Positions 43,037 through 51,478 of a DNA stretch of 64,000 bases are shown here, one piece after another; position 1 is the stretch's first letter; each line of letters starts with the position of its first letter. Position numbers and translations under genes: made by a program. The notes under the pieces were generated by a model. The model ran no database searches. It was not told the DNA's origin and saw only the letters and a list, made by a program, of their open reading frames with translations. This DNA is from Candidatus Brocadiia bacterium (GTDB lineage Bacteria > Planctomycetota > Brocadiia > CAIUPP01): assembly GCA_050015075.1 (NCBI GenBank), contig JBEKCB010000002.1, positions 64,001 to 128,000 of the forward strand, read 5' to 3'.

Positions 43037-44035
43037 TCAATCCCAGTATTGCTGCCGATGCTGCCGGAAGAACTCGACCGTGCGGCGGACGCCTTCGCGC
43101 AGCGGCGTGCGCGGCTCCCAGCCGAGCGCGCGGCGGATCTTCGTGATGTCCGCCCGGTAGTTGCCGATCTCGATCTTCGCCTTGTCGGAGGGAAACGGCT
43201 TGTCGGTGATCGTCCCTCGGCCGGCGATCTCGACGGCGATCTCCGCCGCCTCGCGCAGCGAAGTCGCCACGCCGCTGCCCACGTTGAACACCTGGCCGTT
43301 TGCCGCCTCACTGGCGGCAGCGAGGAGGAACGCCTCGACCACGTCGTCCACGTAATTGAAATCGCGCTGCTGCGCGCCGCCGCCGAAGAGCTGGATCTCC
43401 TGCCCGTCGAGCGCCCGGCGGATGAACCAGCTCAGCACGCCCTGCCGGCTGGTGCGCATGTGGTGGCGCGGGCCGAACGTGTTCGTCAGCCGCAGCGAGC
43501 ACGCGCGGATGCCGTACACGTTGTTGTACAGAATGTGGTACCACTCGCCGGCCATCTTGTTGATCCCGTTCACGTCGGTCGGCCGCTGCGGATGCTCCTC
43601 GTCCACCGGTAGCCGTTCGATCTTGCCGTACTGCCCGCGCGTGCCGGCGAAGAGCACCTTCACGCCCGGATTGTTCTTCTTGCACGCCTCCAGGAGCGAG
43701 AGCTGGCTGCGGCAGTTGATCTCGAGGTCGGTGTACGGGTCGTTCATCGAGTCAATATGGCTGACCTGGCCGGCGAGGTTGAAAATGAAATCCTGGCCGC
43801 GGACGAGGTGGTGCATCGAACTCTCGTCGCGCACGTCGGCTATATTGACGCGGACCTTGTCCTCGATGCCGGCGAGGTTGAACCGGTTGCCGCCGTACTG
43901 CGGGATCAGCGAATCCACCAGCGTCAACTCCGCGCAATGCCCCGCCAGCGCGTGGGCGAGATTGCTGCCGATGAACCCCAGCCCGCCGGTGACCAGGACC
44001 CGCTTGCCGTGGAACGCCGACACGTCGGCAACCAT
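43037..44035 (-). CDS. NAD-dependent epimerase/dehydratase (nucleotide-sugar)
   Basis: VTGGLGFIGS, FNLAGQVSH, NTFGPR, RDFNYVDD. Confidence 0.92.
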   Translation of the reverse strand: MVADVSAFHGKRVLVTGGLGFIGSNLAHALAGHCAELTLVDSLIPQYGGNRFNLAGIEDKVRVNIADVRDESSMHHLVRGQDFIFNLAGQVSHIDSMNDPYTDLEINCRSQLSLLEACKKNNPGVKVLFAGTRGQYGKIERLPVDEEHPQRPTDVNGINKMAGEWYHILYNNVYGIRACSLRLTNTFGPRHHMRTSRQGVLSWFIRRALDGQEIQLFGGGAQQRDFNYVDDVVEAFLLAAASEAANGQVFNVGSGVATSLREAAEIAVEIAGRGTITDKPFPSDKAKIEIGNYRADITKIRRALGWEPRTPLREGVRRTVEFFRQHRQQYWD

Positions 44036-44192
44036 TCGCATCTCCCTGCCAGACAGCATGTTAGAACAACTACGTCATAAGATGCGTCAAAGTGGCCTAT
44101 TGCGACAAATTGGATTCGTTTTTTCAAATCGCATTATGCGCGTCAACCCCTTTCCCGCCGGCACGTTGCGACTTCTTAACTACGCAGGCAGC

Positions 44193-44221
44193 AGTATACC
44201 ATAATATTTCTGACTTGTCAA
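44193..44221 (-). promoter_or_regulatory. Near-consensus sigma70 promoter of the epimerase gene
   Basis: Minus strand TTGACA-N17-TATACT with extended -10 TG. Confidence 0.7.
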
Positions 44222-44297
44222 GCGGCGCCATGCTTTTTTCGCACCGCCGCGGATGAACTCCGATATCGCAACTCGCATTGGATATGTCTTCGCCTTT

Positions 44298-46547
44298 TCA
44301 GTGTGTTTCCAGCGGGGCCAAGACCGGGTTTTTGGACCGCGTGCCGTTCAGCCGTATGACCAGGGTGCCTTCCGCATTGGTCGTCCGCATCTGTCCTTTG
44401 TGGACGGTAAAGGTGTACAGCGTCAAACCGTTGCCCCCGGACTGGGCGGAAACCGCCACATCGTAGCCGGTATTCGGCTGGAGTGAAAAAAGGTAGCAGG
44501 TGGTGTCGGCCTGGCCCAGCAAGTCGAAAGCCCTCGTCAGGGAATCCGTCCCGGCATCGGTATTGATGCAGAAAACGGCGGCCCGGCTGCCGGCGCCGCT
44601 GTCCACCACCGCGCCCACGGCGTTCTCGCCCTTGACGAGACGTGAGACGGGCGCGCCGGCCGTCACGCTGGGGAGCGCCGCGAGGACCGCCACGATCTGC
44701 TCTTCCTTGCCGGCGGCGAACATATTATTGATTGAGGCGGAAACTTGTTTCGCAAACCAGCCGGGCCCGACCGGGCCATTTTCATACGTGAGGTTTGCCG
44801 GGTAAAGGATTTTGGCATTCAGGGCGGCGCTCGCGCCTGTGACTTTAATCACCTGGTCCGCGGAATCAACGGTCGCCGCAAAGGCTTGATCGTAGTCCAG
44901 GTGCCACTTGGTCGGCCGGTTGGCGGCGGAAGTCTGGGACACCCGCAGTTCATCGCCCACGACAAAGATGTTCGGCGGCAAAAACACCAGGTGGCGATAC
45001 CAGCGATCGAGATGGATGGAGTCGGGATAGCACGCCGTGGCGTCGCCCACCAGGCAGGTGTACTCCGGCCGCCGGTCGGTCCTCAACAAATTCGCCTGAT
45101 ATCGCGGATCCCGCTGCTGGTGGGCGCCTTCGATGGTGAGCGTACTGTGGAGATTGCTCTCCAGTTGGCCATAGCACGGCGGGACGGCCAGATAATCGCC
45201 GTTGCAATAGATGTCGAAACTGTTGGCCTGGGCATGGACATGCAGATAGTTTTCCAACAGCGCCGTGTCCCCGCCCAGGACGGTTGTCCGGGCGCTGTGC
45301 CCTCCCACGGGCGAGCAGGTGAAGGCGCAGACCACGTCCGTTTTTTTCCAACCGGTCCGCATGATGCACAGTCCCTGATTGGCGAAACAACGGTACCCGG
45401 GCAGGTCGTCGGGCGGAGTGGGCGCCACGGCCGGGTCGTACCACAGAAAATTCCAGCCCACGCAGTGCAGCGCCGGCACTATCGAATCCTTGCTGACGGC
45501 CCAGTTGCTTTTGATGCTCCTGTTCCGGGTAAGGTAGCCGAGATCCAGGATCTCATCCTGGGCCGCCAGCCACTGGGCGTGACCGTCTTTCTGCTCATGG
45601 GCCAGCTTGCGCAGAAGCTGGCAGGAGGCGGAGCCGATCACGTTATACCGGCCGTCGCGAAACGAATCGTGGTGGTCAATGTAGGTATTGTCCGGCAGCC
45701 AGTTGTACATCCGGTAGGCAACGGCGTTTCGCGCCATGCCCGTCTGGAAGAGGTCCTCTCCGGTTATCCTTCTATTCACGTCGAACAGCACATAGGTCAG
45801 GGACATGGCATAGACCCAGTCCGCCGCTCCCTCCATCCAGGCGCCGTCCTGCCCGCAAATGTTCATGTCCTTTTTCAGGATGTCCAAAAAATAGTTGAGC
45901 CACTTGGGACCCGACTCGTTTTCATAATAGAGGGCGGCCGCGCCGACTCCCAGTCCGGTGATCGGCAGCCAATGGTCGTGGCAGAGGTAGATGCGGCCCC
46001 ACCAGTCCGTGGTCGTGCCCTTCACGCCGCGCTGGACAATGGCGGCAAGATGCCCGCTGAGCTGGCTCCGTTCCGCCGGCGTCAGGTCGTTGTAGAGCAT
46101 GTCGTAACCGCTGGCCAGCGCCATCGCATAGGCGCCGATGAAATGGTCGCCGCCGAAGCCCTCAGGATAGGCGCCGAAGGCCAGCAGCCATTTTTTCGCC
46201 GCCTGCAGGTAGGCCGTATCCCCGGTCAGATGGTACGTCAGCGCCATATCGAAGATGTAGGATGCGCCGTTTTCGCAGTAGATCTGCATGGTGTCAATGT
46301 TCGTGGACAAGGAAGCCGGCGGAATGGGATCGAAGCCGACGAATTTATCCGCGCATTTTTTCAGGTTGTCGAAATACGCCTTGTGCGTGGTGGCGGCGGC
46401 CTGCCTCAGTTTGGGGACATCCGCCAGGGTAAAATAGAGATACGGATGAGTTGGGTTCTCCTCGCTCGCCGCGTTCGCCTGCATTCCCCGAGACGGATAC
46501 GATAAAAGAGACAGCAGCGACAGGCAGAGCATCCATTGTTTTCTCAT
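44298..46547 (-). CDS. Secreted heparinase II/III-like (DUF4962-type) polysaccharide lyase
   Basis: Signal peptide, HPYLYF, LASGYDMLY, DGAWMEG, IMRTGW, HVHAQANSF, HSTLTI. Confidence 0.75.
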   Translation of the reverse strand: MRKQWMLCLSLLSLLSYPSRGMQANAASEENPTHPYLYFTLADVPKLRQAAATTHKAYFDNLKKCADKFVGFDPIPPASLSTNIDTMQIYCENGASYIFDMALTYHLTGDTAYLQAAKKWLLAFGAYPEGFGGDHFIGAYAMALASGYDMLYNDLTPAERSQLSGHLAAIVQRGVKGTTTDWWGRIYLCHDHWLPITGLGVGAAALYYENESGPKWLNYFLDILKKDMNICGQDGAWMEGAADWVYAMSLTYVLFDVNRRITGEDLFQTGMARNAVAYRMYNWLPDNTYIDHHDSFRDGRYNVIGSASCQLLRKLAHEQKDGHAQWLAAQDEILDLGYLTRNRSIKSNWAVSKDSIVPALHCVGWNFLWYDPAVAPTPPDDLPGYRCFANQGLCIMRTGWKKTDVVCAFTCSPVGGHSARTTVLGGDTALLENYLHVHAQANSFDIYCNGDYLAVPPCYGQLESNLHSTLTIEGAHQQRDPRYQANLLRTDRRPEYTCLVGDATACYPDSIHLDRWYRHLVFLPPNIFVVGDELRVSQTSAANRPTKWHLDYDQAFAATVDSADQVIKVTGASAALNAKILYPANLTYENGPVGPGWFAKQVSASINNMFAAGKEEQIVAVLAALPSVTAGAPVSRLVKGENAVGAVVDSGAGSRAAVFCINTDAGTDSLTRAFDLLGQADTTCYLFSLQPNTGYDVAVSAQSGGNGLTLYTFTVHKGQMRTTNAEGTLVIRLNGTRSKNPVLAPLETH

Positions 46548-46612
46548 ATCCTCTCCCATTCATTCACTGCTCGACATTTTTCAAATACGACGAGGACGAT
46601 GCGCAAGTTCCG

Positions 46613-47314
46613 TCACTTCGACTTTGGGCGTTCGATGTTCGGCGTTCGATGTTCGCCGTGCGCTTCCGCCGCGAGTTTCTCGATCCACTCGACCCAGGCT
46701 TCGAGCCCTTCTCCGGTGCGGGCAGAGAGGGTGAAGGTGACGAGGTTCGGGTTGGCGATGCCCATGTCGCGGCGCGCGGCGTCGAGGGAGAAATCGGTGT
46801 GCGGCAGGAGGTCCATTTTCGTCACGACGGCGGCGCCGGCGGCGCGGAAAATGTACGGGTATTTCGACGGCTTGTCGTCGCCCTCGGCGACGCTGAGGAG
46901 GACCACTTTCCGGCTTTCGCCCAGATCGTAATCGGCCGGGCAGACGAGGTTGCCGACGTTCTCGATAAACAGGACGTCCATCTCCTTGAGCGGCAGTTCG
47001 TCGGCGACGGTCTGGATCATGGCGGCGTCGAGGTGGCAGCCGCCCTGCGTGTTGATCTGGACGGCCGGCACGCCGAGGCGCGCGATGCGCTCGGCGTCGC
47101 GCGAGGTCTCCAGGTCGCCCTCGATCACGCCGGGCCGCACGGCCTTGCGCTCGCGCAGGAGGAGCAACGTCTTCTCCAGCAGCGTCGTCTTGCCGCAGCC
47201 GGGCGAGCCGATGAGGTTGAGGACGAGCAGCCGATGCTCGGCGAACCGCTTCCGGTTCATCGCGGCGATGCGGTCGTTGGCGTCGAGGACGTTCTGAAAA
47301 ACCTTGATTTCCAT
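46613..47314 (-). CDS. hypB: Hydrogenase nickel incorporation GTPase
   Basis: GSPGCGKTTLLE, IEGD, GCHLDA, ENVGNLVCPA, EGDDKPSKYP. Confidence 0.95.
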   Translation of the reverse strand: MEIKVFQNVLDANDRIAAMNRKRFAEHRLLVLNLIGSPGCGKTTLLEKTLLLLRERKAVRPGVIEGDLETSRDAERIARLGVPAVQINTQGGCHLDAAMIQTVADELPLKEMDVLFIENVGNLVCPADYDLGESRKVVLLSVAEGDDKPSKYPYIFRAAGAAVVTKMDLLPHTDFSLDAARRDMGIANPNLVTFTLSARTGEGLEAWVEWIEKLAAEAHGEHRTPNIERPKSK

Positions 47315-47351
47315 CTTGCGGACCTCGAAAGGAAAAACGGAACGAAGTTTT

Positions 47352-47546
47352 TGACCGCGAAAACGCGAAAGCGCGAAAAAAGGAAGAGCTACGACGAACT
47401 TTGACCACGGAACACGAAAAGAAAGATTAAACCACAGATGAACACAGATACGCACGGATACGAACTATCTTAACTGTGTTCATCCGTGTCCATCTGTGGT
47501 TCCAAATCCGTTTTCCGTCTTTCGCGCTTTCGCGTTTTCGCGGTCA
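47352..47546. repeat. Nested palindromes between hypA and hypB
   Basis: Perfect 27-bp inverted repeat tgaccgcgaaaacgcgaaagcgcgaaa enclosing an ACACAGAT-type hairpin. Confidence 0.85.
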
Positions 47547-47902
47547 GATTCTTCGTTTTCGTCTTCCATCTCGAACGAATCCACCGTCAAGTCATCGCCG
47601 CCGTCGAGGCGGATGTCTCGGGCCTGGCAGGCGGGGCATTCCATCTGGCCGGGCGCGAAATCCCACTCGTGGCGGCAGTTTCGGCAGAGGCCGCGCGCGG
47701 GGACGTTGCGGATGACGATTTTCATCCCTTCAGCGCGCGTGCCTTTGGAGCAGACCTCGAGGGCGAACTCCAGCGATTCGGCCATGACGCCGGAGAGCGC
47801 GCCGATGCTCAGCCGCGCCGAGCGGATCGCGCCCCGGCCGTGGCCGCGCGCCTGCTCCTCGATGATCCGCAGCACCTCCTGCGCGATCCCGATCTCATGC
47901 AC
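47480..47902 (-). CDS. hypA: Hydrogenase maturation nickel metallochaperone
   Basis: MHE start, CRNC and CPAC zinc motifs; C-terminus reads into the repeat. Confidence 0.93.
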   Translation of the reverse strand: MHEIGIAQEVLRIIEEQARGHGRGAIRSARLSIGALSGVMAESLEFALEVCSKGTRAEGMKIVIRNVPARGLCRNCRHEWDFAPGQMECPACQARDIRLDGGDDLTVDSFEMEDENEESDRENAKARKTENGFGTTDGHG

Positions 47903-47939
47903 GGTTGCTCCACCCGTTCGTCAGCCGTAGGCCTTTCTT

Positions 47940-48088
47940 AACCACCAAGACACCAAGAACGTCAACTCATATTGCAACCACGGAACACACGGAAGACACT
48001 GAAACTGTTTAGAAAAGTCATTCGGTGTGCTCCGTGTATTCCGTGATGGAAGGCGTTGTCTCTTTGTGTCTTCGTGCCTTGGTGGTGA
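47940..48088. mobile_element. Nested palindromic MITE-like element, copy 2 (inverted)
   Basis: Reverse complement matches 42866-43022 including unique spacers. Confidence 0.7.
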
Positions 48089-48103
48089 ATGAAAAACCCG
48101 TTC

Positions 48104-48637
48104 TCAACGCGAATGCGCCGGTTTGCGGTCGGCGCGGACGCACAGGATCTTGCCGAAATAGAGCCGGTGGAAATCGCCGTTGGCGTACGCGGTGTTGCGG
48201 ATCGAGCGGTCCAGGCGGTCCGGCGGCACGTCGTTCGTCATCATCGTGCGGCACTCGTAGGCGATGATGCTCTCGGCGATGATCGGCGTCTTGACGTGCA
48301 GCGCCGGCGCCGCGGTCATCTTCGCCTCGGCGAATTTGTCGTGCGTCCGGCCGGAGACGCTGCCGCACAGGTCCACGGCGCGCTTCATCTTCGGCGGCAT
48401 GACATTCACGGTGAAGTCGCCGTCCTCCTCGAGCAGCTCATACGTGTAGCGGCTGGGCCGGACGAGGACGATGAAAATCGGCTGGCTCCAGATGGAGCCG
48501 ATCGAGCCCCAGCCGATCGCCATGGCGTTGGGTTTGTCCCGGCGCCCCTGCGCGACGAGGAGCAGGCCGGCGCTCGCCATCGGCTCGAGCGTTTCCTTCA
48601 GGAGGGAGTCGTAGTGAACCTGGACTTTGTCGGACAT
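48104..48637 (-). CDS. Flavin reductase / flavoredoxin family protein
   Basis: PNAMAIGWG, VRPSRYT, CGSVSGR..DKF, FHRLYFGKI. Confidence 0.88.
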   Translation of the reverse strand: MSDKVQVHYDSLLKETLEPMASAGLLLVAQGRRDKPNAMAIGWGSIGSIWSQPIFIVLVRPSRYTYELLEEDGDFTVNVMPPKMKRAVDLCGSVSGRTHDKFAEAKMTAAPALHVKTPIIAESIIAYECRTMMTNDVPPDRLDRSIRNTAYANGDFHRLYFGKILCVRADRKPAHSR

Positions 48638-48682
48638 GGCCTTGCCTCCAAGAAGCTCGATCCCCGCAAACGTCAACGGGCC

Positions 48683-50503
48683 TCAGCGGCCCACAATGAA
48701 TATGTGGATGTCGTTCCAGAACGCGACCAGGAGCAGCCCAACGATCAGCGCGAGGCCGACGTAGCTGGCCATGGAGCGCACCTTCTCGCTGACGGCCCTG
48801 CCGCGGACTTTTTCGATCACGGCGAACATGAGATGCCCGCCGTCAAGCACGGGCACCGGCAGCAGGTTCATGACGGCGAGGTTGATGTTGAGCACGCCGA
48901 GGATGTAGAGGAAGTAGCCCATCCCGGTCCGCGCGGCGGCATAGGTCATGTAGCCGATGGCGACGACGCTGTTCATGTTCGCCAGCGAGACGTCGCCGAC
49001 GAGCAGGCTTCGCAGCGAGGCATAAACGCGGACTGTCCATTGGAAAGCTTTGCGCGCGCCCAGGCGGAACGAGCGCGCCAAGCCGGCCTTGATGGTCGTC
49101 TGGGCCGGCTTAAACGGCACCCCGATGAGCCAGCGTTTCTGCGGGGTGATGCTGGACTTCAGCTCCTTTCCTTCGCGGAGCCACGCCAGCGTGACGGGCT
49201 GACCTTTCGCGTCGAGCAGGACCTTCGCCAGCCCCTCGATGTCTTTGACCTGGATGCCGTTCGCCGAGACGACCTGGTCGCCCGGCTGCAGGTCGAGGCG
49301 TGCGGCGGGATAGCCCGGCTCCGTCCGGTCCACGACCATGTCGGGCTCGAAGGCGACGGAGGCTTCGAGCGCGTCTTTCGACATCGGCGGGAGTTGGAGG
49401 TCAACCTCCGCGTTGCCGCGCCGGACGACGGCCGGGACGGGCTTATCCGCCGTTTCCAGGCCTCGCGCGACTTCGCCGTACGAGCGCGTCGGCCGGCCGG
49501 CGATCGAGACGAGGATGTCGCCGGGTTTCACGCCGGCCTTTTCGGCCTCGGAGGCCGGGCAGACGGCGGCGACGTGGTTCGAGGAGAAGACGATGCCCAG
49601 CCAGCGCGGATCACCGACCTGCTCGGGCTCGACGCTGACGGACTGTTCGGCGGATTCGGCCCCGCGCCGGTAGAAAACGCGCACCGGCTTGCCGGCGCAA
49701 TCGCCGACGGCCATCTCGAACTCATCCGGCGTGGCGATGCGGGTCGGCTCGCGGGCGCCGGCAACCTGGACGGCGGTGATCGTGTCGCCCGGCTTCAGCC
49801 CGGCCTGGAAAATGCGGTCCATGTCCGCATTCTCCTCATCCTTGCTCTTGCGCGCCTTCGGGACTTCGGCCAGCACCAGCGTATCCGGCGCCATGATGCC
49901 GGCGCTGGGCAGGCCGCGCGACTTGTTGTATTCCGGGTAAACGACCACGTCGAACCGCCGGCCGTCGCGGTTGACGCTCAGGCGCACCCCTTCGCCGCGG
50001 GTCGTCAGCGTCACGGTGGCGCTGAGATCCTCGAAATCAATCGGCGGGCTGACACCGCGGATGGCCTCGATGACGTCGCCGCGCTTCAGGCCGACGTTCC
50101 ACGCGGGCGAGCCGGGCTGCACGCCGCCTACGATCGCCGGCTGCACGGGCACGCCGATCTGGTACGCGATCATGAACGCGAGGAACCCGAAGACGAGGTT
50201 CATGAAGACGCCGGCGACGAAGACGATCGAGCGCTGGCCGACGCTCTTGGAATAGAATTCGCCCGGCGCGGGCGGCTTGTCCGGCGACGGTTCCTCGCCG
50301 GCCATTTTGACGTAGCCGCCGATCGGGCAGATGCCGAGCCGGTACTCCGTCTCGCCCCATTTCTTCTTCAGCGACGGGCCGAACCCGAGCGAGAAGACGT
50401 CCACGCGAACGCCGATCCACTTGCACGCCAGGAAGTGGCCGAGTTCATGGACGAAGATCAGGATGCCGAAACCGATGGCGGCTTCGACAATCCCTTTTGC
50501 CAT
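48683..50503 (-). CDS. rseP: RseP-like M50 intramembrane metalloprotease with multiple PDZ domains
   Basis: HELGH, FSLGFGP, GGYVKM, NLLPVPVLDGGH. Confidence 0.92.
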   Translation of the reverse strand: MAKGIVEAAIGFGILIFVHELGHFLACKWIGVRVDVFSLGFGPSLKKKWGETEYRLGICPIGGYVKMAGEEPSPDKPPAPGEFYSKSVGQRSIVFVAGVFMNLVFGFLAFMIAYQIGVPVQPAIVGGVQPGSPAWNVGLKRGDVIEAIRGVSPPIDFEDLSATVTLTTRGEGVRLSVNRDGRRFDVVVYPEYNKSRGLPSAGIMAPDTLVLAEVPKARKSKDEENADMDRIFQAGLKPGDTITAVQVAGAREPTRIATPDEFEMAVGDCAGKPVRVFYRRGAESAEQSVSVEPEQVGDPRWLGIVFSSNHVAAVCPASEAEKAGVKPGDILVSIAGRPTRSYGEVARGLETADKPVPAVVRRGNAEVDLQLPPMSKDALEASVAFEPDMVVDRTEPGYPAARLDLQPGDQVVSANGIQVKDIEGLAKVLLDAKGQPVTLAWLREGKELKSSITPQKRWLIGVPFKPAQTTIKAGLARSFRLGARKAFQWTVRVYASLRSLLVGDVSLANMNSVVAIGYMTYAAARTGMGYFLYILGVLNINLAVMNLLPVPVLDGGHLMFAVIEKVRGRAVSEKVRSMASYVGLALIVGLLLVAFWNDIHIFIVGR

Positions 50504-50726
50504 GGCGAAGAAGCTGTCAGGGGACAATTCGAGCTTTCCGAAAAAAGGGAGAACCGCGTATGACCCGCCGATTTCTTAGTATAGAGGGCCGGCCCGGCCG
50601 AAGTCAATCCAGCGGCGTCGCGGGTGGTTTCGACAGGATAACAGGATAGACAGGATGGCTGCGAAACGGCCGACTATAACGGCTTGGCTCACGAGATCGC
50701 GACGGCGGGACGATCTGCGATTTTTC

Positions 50727-50755
50727 TTGACGCGGGCGGATTCGCGCGATAGACT
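50727..50755 (+). promoter_or_regulatory. Sigma70-like promoter
   Basis: TTGACG-N17-TAGACT. Confidence 0.55.
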
Positions 50756-51004
50756 TGTTTTAACGACCTTTTGAGGTGTTGCATGCTCTGGGCAGCACGG
50801 CAGACATACAACAGGCGACGGTTTTCCGGCCATTCCATCTCTCCCCGATTGCTTCACGGTTTTCAAGCGGCGCATCACTGTCAGGCCCGTTCCGTCGGCG
50901 CTGGGGCCGGCTCTTCTCCGCCCGCCGAAGCGGCGGAGCTGCGAAGAGCGGGCGCGGCGGAGCGGCGCGGTATCCGGGTGGCGTTTCTTCGGAAAGGAGC
51001 GCGT

Positions 51005-51283
51005 ATGCATCTGAGCGCAAAGCCGGTCCGGAAGTGCCATGGCTGTGGATTGAACCTGGGGGACCATTGCGGCGTGTTCGAGAGCCCGCGATTGATGTGG
51101 GAACGGCACGCCGCGTGTCCGGGGTATAAGAACCAAAAAATGCTCGCCGAGTACCTGGCCGCCGAGGCCGGGAGGCAGGCCGACCTGAGGAAGGAGAAAC
51201 GCAGGCTCCTCGCGAAAATGCAACACGGCGTGCCGCACCAGGCGGGCGACCAGCACGTCATTATCGCCGCCGTCCGCCGCTAG
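51005..51283 (+). CDS. Small Cys-rich hypothetical protein (92 aa)
   Basis: AAAGGAG RBS; CHGC-x7-C-x15-C pattern. Confidence 0.65.
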   Translation: MHLSAKPVRKCHGCGLNLGDHCGVFESPRLMWERHAACPGYKNQKMLAEYLAAEAGRQADLRKEKRRLLAKMQHGVPHQAGDQHVIIAAVRR

Positions 51284-51478
51284 GTTCGCAGTGTGCCCGT
51301 AAGGGCATACGAAGCAGCGCCTGACGGCGCCACTACAAGCGAACGCCCCGGACCGAGCCGCATCGGTCCGGGGCGCGTGTTTCTGCGCGACGAATCGCAG
51401 GTTCCGCTCGCGTCTCCGCCGTTTTCCCGTTATGATAATCTCCGTTCCCGCCGAGGCGGGAGTTCTGCGGAGACCGGC

